DNA of 64,000 bases from Eledone cirrhosa (GCA_964016885.1 OZ024744.1:51584001-51648000), one strand, 5' to 3'; counted from the first letter of the stretch, positions 13,301 to 26,150 are shown. Made by a program: numbers and translations. The notes: generated from the letters alone by a model not told the origin.

Positions 13301-14442
13301 AGTGTGGTGTAGTGTGGTGTAGTGTGATGTATTGTGGTGTAGTGTAGTGTCGTGTAGTGTGGTGTGGTGTGGTGTAGTGTGGTGTAGTGTAGTGTAGTGT
13401 GGTGTAGTGTAGTCTGGTGTAGTGTGGTGTGGTGTAGTATAGTGTAGTACGGTGTAGTGTGGTGTGGTGTAGTGCGGTGTGGTGTAGTGTGGTGTAGTGT
13501 GGTGTAGTGTGATGTGGTGTGGTGTGGTGTAGTGCATTGTAGTGTAGTGTAGTGTAGTGTGGTGTAGTGTGGTGTAGTGTAGTGTGCTGTAGTGTAGTGT
13601 GGTGTAGTGTAGTGTGGTGTAGTGTAGTGAAGTGTAGTGTAGTGTAGTGTAATGTGGTGTAGTGTAGTGTGGTGTAGTGTGGTGTAGTGTGGTGTGGTGT
13701 GCTGTAGTGTAGTGTAGTGTGGTGTAGTGTGGTGTAGTGTAGTGTAGTGTGGTGTAGTGTGGTGTAGTGTGGTGTGGTGTAGTGTGGTGTGGTGTGGTGT
13801 AGTGTAGTGTAGTGTGGTGTAGTGTAGTGTAGTGTAGTGTAGTGTGGTGTAGTGTGGTGTAGTGTGGTGTGGTGTAGTGTGGTGTAGTGTGGTGTAGTGT
13901 AGTGTGGTGTAGTGTGGTGTAGTGTAGTGTAGTGTGGTGTAGTGTGGTGTAGTGTGGTGTGGTGTAGTGTGGTGTAGTGTGGTGTAGTCTAGTGTAGTGT
14001 AGTGTAGTGTGGTGTAGTGTGGTGTAGTGTGATGTGGTGTGGTGTGGTGTAGTGCATTGTAGTGTAGTGTAGTGTAGTGTAGTGTAGTGTGGTGTAGTGT
14101 GGTGTAGTGTGGTGTGGTGTAGTGTGGTGTAGTGTGGTGTAGTGTAGTGTGGTGTAGTGTGGTGTAGTGTAGTGTAGTGTGGTGTAGTGTGGTGTAGTGT
14201 GGTGTGGTGTAGTGTGGTGTAGTGTGGTGTAGTGTAGTGTAGTGTGGTGTAGTGTGGTGTAGTGTGGTGTGGTGTAGTGTGGCGTAGTGTGGTGTAGTGT
14301 AGTGTAGTGTGGTGTAGTGTGGTGTAGTGTAGTGTAGTGTGGTGTAGTGTGGTGTAGTGTGGTGTGGTGTAGTGTGGTGTAGTGTGGTGTAGTGTAGTGT
14401 AGTGTGGTGTAGTGTGGTGTAGTGTGGTGTGGTGTGCTGTGG
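1391..14442. repeat. ~13-kb pentanucleotide satellite (TGTAG/TGTGG)n with higher-order duplications
   Basis: Near-continuous TGTRG units with rare variants (TGAGA-GGTGG, TATAG, TGTGC). Rare markers recur at an offset of 3615 bp. Confidence 0.98.
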
Positions 14443-14533
14443 TAGAGGTCTTGAATAGCGTAGCAAAGTAAATAGCAACGGCAGGGACGACATTGATGTT
14501 TACTGATGAAGAAGAATTATGATGCCACGATCA

Positions 14534-16740
14534 ACACCACCACCACTACTACCACTACCACTACCACCACTACTACCACTACCTGCCCCACCACTACTAC
14601 CACTACCGCCACCACCACTACTACCACTACCACCACCACCACCACTACTACGACCACCACCAATACCACTACCACCACCACCACAACTACCACTACCACC
14701 ACCACCACTACTACCACTACCACCACCACCACTACTACCACTACCACCCCCACCACTACTACCACTACCGCCACCACCACTACTACCACTACCACTACCA
14801 CCACTACTACCACTACCGCCACCACCACTACTACCACTATCACTACCACCACTACTACCACTACCTGCCCCACCACTACTACCACTACCGCCACCACCAC
14901 TACTACCACTACCACCACCACCACCACTACTACGACCACCACCAATACCACTAGTACCACTACCACCACCACCATCACTACTACCAATACCTCCACCACC
15001 ACTACTACCACTACCTCCACCACCACTACTACCACTACCACCACCACCACTACTACCACTACCACTAGCACCACTACTACCACTACCGCCACCACCACTA
15101 CTACCACTACCGCCACCACCACTACTACCACTACCACCACCACCACTACTACCACTACCGCCACCACCACTACTACCACTACCGCCACCACCACTACTAC
15201 GACCACCACCAATACCACTAGTACCACTACCACCACCACCACTACTACCACTACCACTACCACCACTACTACCACTACCGCCACCACCACTACTACGACC
15301 ACCACCAATACCACTACTACCACTACCACCACCACCATCACTACTACCAATACCTCCACCACCACTACTACCACTACCTCCACCACCACAACTACCAATA
15401 CCGCCACCACCACAACTACCACTACCGCCACCACCACTACTACCACTACCGCCACCACCACTACTACGACCACCACCAATACCACTACTACCACTACCAC
15501 CCCTACCACTACTACCACTACCTCCACCACCACAACTACCACTACCACCACCACCCCTACTACCACTACCTCCATCACCACAACTACCACTACCACCACC
15601 ACCCCTACTACCACTACCTCCACCACCACTATTACCACTACCACCCACCACTACTACCACTACCTCCACCACCACTACTACCACTACCTGCCCCACCACT
15701 ACTACCACTACCACCACTACCACTACTACCACTACCACCACCACCACCACTACTACCAATACCTCCACCACCACTACTACCACTACCTCCACCACCACAA
15801 CTACCACTACCACCCCCACCACTACTACCACTACCACCACCACCACAACTACCACTACCACCCCCACCACTTCTACCACTACCACCACTACCACCACTAC
15901 TTCCACTACCTCCACCACCACTACTACCACTACCACCACCACCACTACTACCACTACCTCCACCACCACTACTACCACTACCACCACCACCACTACTTCC
16001 ACTACCTCCACCACTACTACTACCACTACCACCACCACCACTACTACCACTACCTCCACCACTACTACTACCACTACCACCACCACCACTACTTCCACTA
16101 CCTCCACCACCACTACTACCACTACCACCACCACCACTACTACCACTACCTCCACCACCACTACTACCACTACCACCACCACCACTACTACCACTACCAC
16201 CCCCACCACTACTACCACTACCACCACCACCACTACTTCCACTACCTCCACCACTACTACTACCACTACCACCACCACCACTACTACCACTACCCCCACT
16301 ACCACTACTACCACTACCTCCAATACCACTACTACCACTACCACCACCACCACTACTACCACTACCTCCACCACCACTACTACCACTACCTCCCCCACTA
16401 CTACTACCATTATCTCCACCACCACTACTACCACTACCTCCACCACCACTACTACCACTACCTCCCCCACCACAACTACCACTACCTCCACCACCACTAC
16501 TACTACTACCTCCACCACCCCTACTACCATTACCACCACCACCACCACTACTACCACTACTACTATTACCACCCCACCACTACTACCACTACCACCCCCA
16601 CCACTACTACCATTACCACCCCCACTACTACTACCACTACCACCACCACCACTAATACCTCTACCTCTACCACCACCACCACCACCACCACCCTAACCAC
16701 CATCCTCACGCCACCACCATTACTACAACCACATCCACCA
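14534..16740. repeat. Degenerate (ACC/ACT)n trinucleotide array with ~18-24-bp superperiod
   Basis: ACCACTACCACCACCACTACT-type units; marker ACCTGCCCCACC recurs at 14581, 14863 and ~15686. Confidence 0.95.
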
Positions 16741-16849
16741 TGATGACACACACCCACACACACACATTCACACACACACTCACACACACACACACTCACA
16801 TACATACACTCTCTATATTCAAGCCTACATGTATACGTATATGTATGTC

Positions 16850-17480
16850 GGATGATGATGATGATGATTGTAGTGGTGGTGGCGGTGGCAGTGATAGAGG
16901 TGGTGATGACGCTAACGATGATGGTGATGATGTTGGTGATGATGGTGGTGGTGGTGGAAGGGTTGGTGTTGGTGTTGGTTCCGGTTTGGGGTGGTGATGG
17001 TGGTGGTTGTGATGGTGGTGGTGATGGTGGTGGTGATAGTCGTGGTGGTAATGGTAATGGTTTGGTGGTGGTGGCAGTAGTGGTGGTAGTGTTGGTAGTG
17101 GTAATGGTAATGGTGTTGGTGGAGTAGTGGTAGTGGTGGTGGTGGTGGTAGTGCTGGTGGTGGTAGGGTAGTGGTGGTGGTGGGGTGGTGGTGGTGGATG
17201 GTGGTGGAGTTGTGGTAGTGGTGGTGGTGCTGGTGGTAGTGTTGGTAGTGGTAATGGTGTTGGTGGAGTTGTGGTAGTGGTGGTGGTGGTGGTAGTGGTG
17301 GTGGTAGTGGTAGTGCTGGTGGTGGTAGGGTGGTGGTGGTGGTGGATGGTGGTGGAGTTGTAGTAGTGGTTGTGGTGGTGGTGGTAGTGGTGGTGGTGTT
17401 GTGGTAGTGGTGGTGGGGGTGGGGTGGGGGTGGTGGTGGATGGTGGTGGAGTTGTGGTAGTGGTGGTGGTGGTGGTGGTA
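16850..17480. repeat. (GGT/GAT/AGT)n low-complexity tract, opposite strand bias to the preceding ACC array
   Basis: Direct reading of the sequence. Confidence 0.9.
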
Positions 17481-18544
17481 TTGGACACGAAGGTAAGTTG
17501 CCTCGTTACTCCCGTCTGTTCCTCGTCGCCCCTCCACCCGGTCTATTTCATCAAAGTGGCGCGGGTTAGGGCGGGGGTGGTGGTGGTGGTGGTGGTGGGG
17601 ACTGCCTTATTACATGCCTGTCTCTTCACTAGCTGTCTGTCTGTGTGTCTGTCAAGCTGTGTGGCTGACTGTCTGCCTTAAACCAGCCTTCAGTTGAAAG
17701 TAGTCAGACCACTCATTGAATAGCTCTCTTGCAGTACACCACGCCACCCCACCAACACATCGTGTAGACCGCACCCACTCTCAACAACATTAATATACAC
17801 CCATACACACATTAACCTCTTCTTTCTCATTTTCTACATCTCCTCCCCCCTCTCTCTCTCACACTCTCTTTCCCTCTCACACACTATATATCTATCTCTC
17901 TAACTCTCCCTCTCTCTCTGTAACTAGCTCTCTCTTTATCTCTTTCTCTATCTATGTCATTACTCCAACTTGATCCCAACCTGGTAATAATATAATACAC
18001 ACCCACATAAGCAACACACACACACACTCACACACACACACTCATATGCAATCACATACACACACACACTTGTACTCAATCACATACACACATACATACA
18101 CACACACTCTTATATTCAAGCCTACATGTATACGCATATGTATGTATGTATGCATGCATGTATGTATGTATGTATGTGTGTGTGTATATATGTATGTGTG
18201 TGTGTGTGTATGTATGTATGTGTGTGCGTCCGTATCTATGTTTCTGTGTGTATGTGTATATGTATTCCGACTTGTTTTCAATTTTCTCTCTCTTTCCCTT
18301 ATATATATATATAATATATATATAGAGAGAGGGGGGAGAGAGAGAGGGGCAGATAGGTAGAGAGAGAGAGAGAAGGGGAGATAGGGAGAGAGAGAGAGAG
18401 AGAGAGAGAGAGTAATAATAATAAATGTGAAGACTAAAATCCTAAGAGGGCTCGATAGAAGAGTTTCAGAAGATCCCGTTAAGGGTGAAAGCAGCGATTC
18501 TTTGATTAAACTTTAATCTGTTATTTTAATATATATATATATTT

Positions 18545-18868
18545 AAAAGTTAAACAAGGTTCAATGTATACATCAAAGAATAAGTTTTACAATAGATTGG
18601 AAGCACTCAACATAAGGTTTTCCAGAGTTATTAATATTAATTCAAAATATTAACAAAATAGCTATATTAGGGTATAAATATTGAGTTTTGTCATAAGTTA
18701 ATCACTACCACGACTAAATCTTAACTATCTAATCTGTCAGGGTATGTCATGCATCATCTTATTTTATCTGATGAGGGCGTACTGTTGAACTTAACTCAGT
18801 ACCTCTGAAATATGTATAATAAAATATAATTGATCACAAGAATATCTATTTTGTTAATATTTTGAATT
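18545..18868 (+). mobile_element. Penelope-like pLTR remnant (family A) with partial inverted copy
   Basis: ATTCAAAATATTAACAAAATAG (18639-18661) is the reverse complement of 18847-18868; contains a hammerhead; flanked by (TA)n; homologous to 24130-24428 and 37855-38189 (shared AAGCACTCAAC and GGTATGTCA...TATTTTRTCTGATGA). Confidence 0.75.
18760..18826 (+). ncRNA. Minimal type-I hammerhead ribozyme
   Basis: Stem I TATTTTAT/ATAAAATA; CTGATGA at 18768; stem II GGGCGTACTG/CAGTACCTCT; GAAA at 18807; near-palindromic stem III TATGTA; AUA cleavage triplet. Confidence 0.8.
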
Positions 18869-19011
18869 TATATATATATATATATATGAAATATATATAT
18901 ATATATATCATAGATTGATTTATTATGTTAAATCGAGTCAGGCAAACCATTGGTCATTTGCAATTGGAACACATGTATAGTTATATCTGTGTTCATCCTT
19001 CTCATATATCC

Positions 19012-19060
<49 letters not shown>

Positions 19061-19066
<6 letters not shown>

Positions 19067-19157
19067 GTATAATTAAAATTTCATACATTTAACACATATG
19101 CGCGACTTTAGGTTTCACATACATGTTAAGTGTATGAAATTTTAATTAAACTAAATA
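19061..19157. repeat. Fold-back (~33-bp arms) next to (TA)n
   Basis: TTTAGTATAATTAAAATTTCATACATTTAACA ... TGTTAAGTGTATGAAATTTTAATTAAACTAAA. Confidence 0.85.
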
Positions 19158-19260
19158 AGCTCTCTTGCAATAGGTTGAGTATTGTTTTTCTTTGCCTACA
19201 GATATCCTGCATACACACACACGCACGCACGCACACACACACGCACGCACACACACGCAT

Positions 19261-19369
19261 ATATTATTAATAGTAATAAATGGAAAAAAATATCACTATA
19301 ACATCATATTTATTTAAAAATAAATATGATGCTATAGTGATATTTTCCATTTATTACTATTAATAATAT
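19261..19369. repeat. Near-perfect hairpin palindrome (~53-bp arms)
   Basis: ATATTATTAATAGTAATAAATGGAAAA..TATCACTATAACATCATATTTATTT / AAATAAATATGATGCTATAGTGATATTTTCCATTTATTACTATTAATAATAT. Confidence 0.88.
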
Positions 19370-19458
19370 TATAATACTCCAGATAAATGTAACTTTAGAG
19401 TGCTTCATATATGTTATGAACATAATTGTGTTGAATATTCATCAACAAAGCATATAAG

Positions 19459-19519
<61 letters not shown>

Positions 19520-19843
19520 GGGTGGTGGGGGTGGGGGTGAGGGGGTGGGGGTGTATGTATAATGTATAAATGTGTACTCTAATGTCCTTGGTTGGAGTCT
19601 TAATGATACAGACTTAATTAAATAATTGAAGCTGTGTCGGTCCTAATCGATAGTCTCGTTTCATTAATTCATATATATATATATATGTTGTTTATTGCAT
19701 AACTAATAAGCTCTGTAACCTACATAGAGCACTCTTTTTTCCTGTACCTTTCCGACGGAATTACTTCATTTATATATATATATATATATATATCAAGTAA
19801 ATATGTTTTGAACAGTGAGCAAGTTTGAAATTAGAAAATAGAA

Positions 19844-20029
19844 GCTGTCACCGTATTTTTTTACTAAAGAAATTTTATCCTGATAGTGGGGTTTAGAACC
19901 CTCAGAGAAATGGAAAAAGATGAGTATTGACGTACATGTACGTCAACACTCATCTTTTTCCATTTCTCTGAGGGTTCTAAACCCCATTATCAGACTAAAA
20001 TTTCTTTAGTCAAAAAATACGGTGAAAGC
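19844..20029. repeat. Loop-less palindrome, 93-bp arms, flanked by (TA)n
   Basis: Centre TTGACGTACA|TGTACGTCAA at 19936/19937; arms pair over their whole length with a few mismatches. Confidence 0.93.
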
Positions 20030-20050
20030 ATATATATATATATATATATA

Positions 20051-20108
<58 letters not shown>

Positions 20109-20374
20109 TATATACGTATATATAGAAAATATACGTAGGTGTGAAAAAGGAAAACAGAGCTCAGTCAGGGATGAGAGCTGATATATTATTTATGTTCATA
20201 CACAGAACAAAAAGTGCTACCTAATGTTTCTATACCCAATATTGACCATATGTCCAGATTGTTAGATGGATCAAAATTGTGACCCAATCTTCAGGCGCTT
20301 AGACGAGTTTTTATATATAATCAACATCATCATCATCATCATCATCATTAAATGATATTTTAATCTCTAAAATG

Positions 20375-20930
20375 TTTACTAATTTCGTCACAAGACCAGC
20401 AATTCTCTTTTACTAAAGGGAAAGTCGATTATATCGACCGAGTACTTGAATGGTACTTTATTTTATCGACCCCGAAAGAATGAAAGGCGAGATTTGAACT
20501 TAGAAAGTAAAATTCCGAAACAAATTCCTGTAACAGTAGTTGTTCAGGGCTTTAAAGATTCTACTAATCCGCCGTCACAATAATAATAATTGTTTTTACT
20601 TAAGGGACAAGGCCAACAAATTTGGGGGAGAGGAAAGTTGATTAAATCAACCCTAGTTCGTTACTGGTACTATATTTTATCGACCCCGAAAGGATGAAAG
20701 GCAAAGCTAACCCCGATGGGATTTGAACCCAGAACGCAAAGGACTGTAACTCTATGCTGCGAAGCATGTTGTCCGGCACTCTACCGATACTGCCCCATGA
20801 TTTCTAATTAGGCACAATACCAACAATTTTTTTGGCGGGGAGGGAGAAATCAATTACATCGACCCCAGTAAATGACTGGTACTTTATTTTATTGACCCTG
20901 AAAGGTTGAAAGACAAAGTTAACCTCAGCA
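20375..20930 (-). mobile_element. Three tandem copies of a tRNA-derived SINE (octopus-type)
   Basis: Each copy has ACAAGGCCAGCAATT...GTCGATTA..ATCGACCCC...CTGGTACTTTATTTTATCGACCCCGAAAGGATGAAAGGCAAAGT...GGATTTGAAC (B box on minus strand). Same family at 23010-23100, 36020-36165, 60620-60745 and 63184-63355. Confidence 0.8.
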
Positions 20931-20944
20931 AAGCAATAATGTAG

Positions 20945-21270
20945 ATGAAAAGCTAGGCTTCTTTGGTCCTTCATTGTCCAACATAACGACAAGATCACAG
21001 CAAGATAACCTGTTACAGGTAGATGAAGTAAACACTGTCTCTTGATTGACATAGCAGTGCCGGGAGGTGAGAAGATTGTTGAGAAAGAAGAGAAAAAGGA
21101 AGATATATATCAGCTAATTAAAATGGAAATAATGTAGACTTGAACAGGGTGGAAGTTATTCCTGTTGTTGGGGCATTTGAGGGATAACGAAGAAACTTCA
21201 AAATTGGATCTCAAAGAAATTTGGACTCAAAAGACTGTGATCTTGAGAACTGTCAGTTCTTTGTCGTTTT
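20945..21270 (+). pseudogene. Highly degenerate 3' fragment of an R4/Dong-like non-LTR retrotransposon (RLE domain)
   Basis: Manual translation gives LWSFIVQHNDKITAR, HCLLIDIAVPGGEKIVEKEEKKEDIYQLIKMEI, VEVIPVV and QKTVILRTV, matching the RLE C-terminus seen at 63464-63940. Confidence 0.7.
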
Positions 21271-21471
21271 TTAACTTTGCATTGGACAATAGATTTGGAC
21301 AGGGAGTCGTAGCGGTATACGTGACCTTACTTTGCGAGTTTTCTACTTTTACATTAATATTTATATAACAACAAATATAATTAAGTGTACTGAACAACAC
21401 CTGACAGAGGATGGGTGTGGTACATGGAGGAACAGGGTGAGATTAACAAGAAAACAATAATTATATATATA

Positions 21472-22229
21472 CTTGCTGAGGTACCCGGCTTTGCCCGGGA
21501 GAATAGCTAAGAGAAGATAGTTAAAAGAGAAAGCGACTGTATTGGATGTGTTGTCTGGTATGAGGTGAGACCGTAATGTGTGTGTGTGAGTGTGTGTGTG
21601 TGTGAGTGTGTGTGTGTGTGAGAGACATAAAAGAAAAAAATCACAAAACTTCCTTATTAGGCTGGAGGAGTAAACTGCCGATTAAATGGTAGCATTGACC
21701 TTGGATTTTAAATGTTGTGAAATAACCATAGTTAGTATGATCTTTTTCAGCCCCAAAGGACGTCTTCTGAAACACAGCAATGTACCATATAACATTGCTT
21801 CTGAAGTATTTAGCTTCGTTAGTACGGACAGTAAGTAGTATATGGATAAAAGCTGGAGGGTAGATTAATTTCAAATAGTATCAATTTCTCTTTGTTCTGT
21901 AAAATCAAAGGCTAAAATGACTTTATAAAAGCTAACGCCGTATTGTTAAACCTTCCTATAGATCAAAGGATCGATAATTTAGGCCGTTTCTAGACTTTCG
22001 AGGGACGTTACTCTCTCTCTGAATATCTAACACTTTATTGTATCTCTCTCTGTATAACGGTCTATCTCTCTCTTTCTGCCTCTCCCTCTGTCTCTCTTTT
22101 TCTTTAGATGTGTGTGTGCGTATGTGTGTGTGCGTATGTGTGTGTGTGTGTGTGTGCATGTGTGTAGTTTTCGTGTGATTCAAATAACAAACCAACCAAC
22201 CAACATCTTTCTTTTATATTATATATAGA
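21472..22229 (-). mobile_element. Non-autonomous Helitron carrying a RepHel N-terminal fragment
   Basis: On the minus strand: 5' A|TC at 22229, 3' hairpin CCCGG-GCAAAG-CCGGG, then CAAG|T (CTAG variant) at 21472. ORF 21641-21874 reads FQKTSFGA...FTTFKIQGQCYHLIGSLL, typical of the Helitron RepHel N-terminal region. Confidence 0.8.
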
Positions 22230-23171
22230 TTAACAGCAACAACAACAATATATACCCATTAATATAGAGATAACGATTGATAGCAGAAACAATATAAAAA
22301 CACAATAAGAAAATATTTAAATATTCTCTCACATGAAAGAGGAACCACAAAGAGTGATTGTGGGGAGAACACACAGACACATACACACACACACACACAT
22401 ACACGCACACGCATACACACACACACACATACACAAACACACATACACACATACACAGACACACATACAAAAACACACAGAGACATACACACACAGACAC
22501 ACACACACACACACATACAAAAACACACAGAGACACACACACAAACACACACACACTCATACAAAAACACACATACACAGACACACACACACACACAGAC
22601 ACGGACACACATACACGCACACACACACACACACTCACTTACACGCAGACACACATACACAAACACATATACACAGACACATACACAGACAAACACACAA
22701 ACAGACACACACACTCGCATACACAGACACACATACAAAAGCACAAAGAGACACATAGTCACGGAGACACGAAAACTTTACACCAAATCACCCTGACACA
22801 CAAAAGACAAGAGCTTTCAGCCAGTTCTTGATGCCAAATAATTTCTATATTTCATAATTATTAATTTTTCCCTTAATGTAGTTTTACTCGAAGTGAACTC
22901 TGGCTTTCTATGAGATAATTTGTCATGTAACTTATATTATATAATTGTTCAAAAACATAAGAACCCACAGTTATATTATAAAGACAATCTCCACTACCCT
23001 AATTTTAATTGTTTCTACTTTTGGTACAAGGTCAGCAATTATCCCAGTGCATTACTGGTACTTTATTTTATCGACCTCGTAAGGATGAAAGGCAAAGTTT
23101 AATTTTAATAAAACATTAAATGATACAAAAACTGTTCTAGAGAATGAATTTAATCAATTAAACAAATATAT

Positions 23172-23280
<109 letters not shown>

Positions 23281-23290
23281 TAGATATATG

Positions 23291-23713
23291 TATTAGGATT
23301 GGTGCTCTGAAATAGCGATGTATACATGAATGTATGTATAGTATATTTGGCAATATACAGTATTTTTAAATAAACATTTTTAGAAGACCACGCGCTATCA
23401 GATTTAAAGTAGTGACTATGTCACTTACTTCTTTTCGGCGAAAGAAGGGAGAGAAGCTGACAGTCTGTTTCACGCTGATTAGCATTAATCAGAGACATGT
23501 ACTCACCTGCTTTCGCAGAAAATTATAGAAGCCGGATTCTTATAGAATTCCAGTAATAATCAGGAGCTGAAAATAAGTAAGTAACATAGTCACTACTTTA
23601 AAACTGATAGCGAGTGATCTTCTAAATGTTTTGCTTAAACATACGGTATATTGCCAAATATACTATACATACATTCATGTATACATCGCTATTTCAGAGC
23701 ACCAATTCTAATA
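23291..23713. mobile_element. Fold-back element (~140-bp arms, ~140-bp structured spacer), probable Penelope-like derivative
   Basis: Arms 23291-23430 and 23574-23713 are reverse complements; follows a long (TA)n; the spacer contains a hammerhead-like fold on the minus strand. Confidence 0.7.
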
Positions 23714-23813
23714 CCTAATTTTTGATGGACCGGCAATCGCTCTGTATAATTAGCTCCTGATTATTACTGGTATTCTATACGAATCCAGCTTCTAATATAC
23801 TATACATACATTC

Positions 23814-23863
<50 letters not shown>

Positions 23864-23954
23864 ATAATAATAATAGTAAGAAGACTAAATTCCAAAGAGG
23901 GCTCGGTAAGGATAAATATATATCAAATATATAAGAACCGTAGAGCAAATATTT

Positions 23955-24113
23955 ATTAAAATAACAGAGATTAAAGTTTAAGCAAAGAATCGTTGCTTTC
24001 ATCCTTAACGGGATCTTTTGAAACTAAAAAATTGATTTTTTTTAGTTTTAGAAGATCCCGTTAAGGGTGAAAGCAGCGATTATTTGCTTAAACTTTAATC
24101 TGTTATTTTAATA
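23955..24113. repeat. Fold-back copy of a dispersed repeat (other copies 18430-18530 and 35195-35280)
   Basis: GAAGATCCCGTTAAGGGTGAAAGCAGCGATT..TTG.TTAAACTTTAATCTGTTATTTTAAT is present on both strands around ~24035. Confidence 0.85.
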
Positions 24114-24318
24114 TATATATATATGCAGATGTTATATTTAATTTGTTGGGATTCAACAAGCTTAATTTTATAACTGACATAAAGCACTCAACAATGGGTG
24201 GAGTAAATATTCAATATATTATTCAATATATTAATAAATGGAAGCTATCCAGTGAACTTCAACCGTTAAGTTTGTCTTTTTTCCGGGTATGTCAATATTT
24301 ATTTATAAAACAAATCTG

Positions 24319-24383
24319 TATTTTATCTGATGAAAGCGCACCATAATTTGCCTTGGTGCCCTTGAAATATATATACTAAAATA
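24319..24383 (+). ncRNA. Minimal type-I hammerhead ribozyme (family A)
   Basis: TATTTTAT-CTGATGA-AAGCGCACCA(loop)TGGTGCCCTT-GAAA-TATATA-TA-CTAAAATA. Stem II differs in sequence from the 18760 copy but still pairs. Confidence 0.75.
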
Positions 24384-24438
24384 ATTATGGTTTTATAAAT
24401 ATAGTTTCCATTTATTAATATATTGTATATATATATAT

Positions 24439-24500
<62 letters not shown>

Positions 24501-24960
24501 TTATATAATATAGGTATGGGGTCAGATTTTTGGACATTATATAAAGGTTCTACCACAGAATATGTTTGGGAAGCACCGTTCTAAGTGGTGACCAGCAATG
24601 TGTGAGTAGAAGAAGAATTTGGTAGACGGAAACATACTTTGTGTGATTGTTCTTCGTCTTTTGCCTTTTGTTTACCTTGGACTATATATATATATATACA
24701 TACATACATATACTGCCTGAGGGAGCAAACACAAACACACACACACACACACACACACATACACCCCCCCCCCCCGCCACTACATTCTCGATAAATATAT
24801 TTCCACCATTATTGTATTTAGATAGGTCAGAATAGATACACTTGACCGCACACACATATATATATATGAACAATTCATCAGGAGGTATCAACTGCATATG
24901 CAATTCAGTTTGGAACTAGCTGTTGAAACGACAGGAGCTCAGGCACCGGGTCCTGACTAA

Positions 24961-25023
<63 letters not shown>

Positions 25024-25193
25024 CGAATCATCATCATCATCATCATCATCATCATTTTATTCGTATTTTCTTGCATGTTCACATGCCTAAAAATCTGATT
25101 AGTGTATATGTGTATATATTTATACACGTTGGTGCAGCCTTTATATTTATATAGATTTAACTTTATCATATACTTCGGCTGCTAGCGCACTTC

Positions 25194-25250
<57 letters not shown>

Positions 25251-25254
<4 letters not shown>

Positions 25255-25630
25255 AGGTATGACCCCGACGGCAGAGCTCAAGCCGTTTCGACGGCTATTT
25301 CTGGACTGAAATAGCCGTCCAGAAATAGCCGGCCGTCGGGGTCATATCTTTTCCTATTACCCACTCTACTACCCTAAACATTGAGTACTCTGGTGCGTTA
25401 TGGTCCACCTGGTTCCTTACCACAATTCTTTCCTTATATATATATCTATATATATATAACAAAGGAAGTGTAGTAAGTAACCAGGTGGACCATAACGCAC
25501 CAGAGTACTCAATACTTAGAGTAGTAGAGTGGGTAATAGGAAAATGTTCGAGACCCCGGCGGCAGAGCTCAAGCTGTTTCGACGGCTATAACGGCTTGAG
25601 CTCTGCCGTCGGGGTCTCGAATATTTCCAT
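25251..25630. mobile_element. Compound fold-back element with a truncated hammerhead (further copy at 27060-27206)
   Basis: Nested inverted repeats. Minus strand 25274-25320 reads GGACGGCTATTTC-AGTCCA-GAAATAGCCGTC-GAAA-CGGC-TT-GAGCTC (12-bp stem II plus GAAA), with CUGANGA lost at the inversion junction. Confidence 0.65.
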
Positions 25631-25643
25631 ATATATATATATG

Positions 25644-25766
<123 letters not shown>

Positions 25767-25909
25767 ATGCTTTGGGAGGGTCATGTTGCCAATAAGAAAC
25801 ACATGCACCAGTTGCTTTCACTCCAATTTATTATAAATTAAATTATAAATTTAAGAATTTATAAATTTCCGGTTGGTTCGTTCCACAACCAGACGATTGT
25901 TCATATATT

Positions 25910-25952
25910 GTCAAAGTTCTTTCGTCACACATTCTGTGACCTCTTCAGTGAC
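25910..25952 (-). ncRNA. Minimal type-I hammerhead ribozyme
   Basis: GTCA-CTGAAGA-G-GTCACA-GAATG-TGTGAC-GAAA-GAAC-TT-TGAC: perfect 6-bp stem II and 4-bp stem I. Confidence 0.8.
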
Positions 25953-26150
25953 TGGGGATTCTTTTCTTTGTTTTGTGCCTCTCCTTTGTTCTGTCCTACG
26001 CCATCTTGTTTTTGTGTGTGTTGTGTGCTTAGTTTGCGCATGTGTTACATCCGGGTGTCTGTGTGTGTTTATATTTGTTTATTTATTTGTTTATTTACAT
26101 GTTACTGGTTGGTTGTTTGTTCTATGTGTGTGTGTGTTTTCATTTTGTCC

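Noticed and set aside
1391-14442. Telomeric repeat array
   Set aside because: Unit is TGTRG, not TTAGGG; it is heterogeneous and flanked internally on both sides.
11126-14493. 803-aa and 559-aa His/Thr/Tyr ORFs on the minus strand
   Set aside because: Translations of (CYACA)n, which cannot contain stops on that strand; no unique domain.
14503-14530. CTGATGA as a hammerhead core (also ~20290, ~29390, ~60037)
   Set aside because: No consistent stem II, GAAA and stem I arrangement.
14500-17537. Long poly-T/P/H/Y and poly-V/G/S ORFs resembling mucins or His/Gly-rich structural proteins
   Set aside because: Five overlapping frames are open at once and the residue type switches at single-base slips, as expected for a trinucleotide array.
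17490-17733. Perfect AAG|GTAAGT donor at 17493 and TTGCAG acceptor at ~17733 (also acceptor at ~32780)
   Set aside because: Flanking would-be exons are low complexity or carry no recognisable coding signal.
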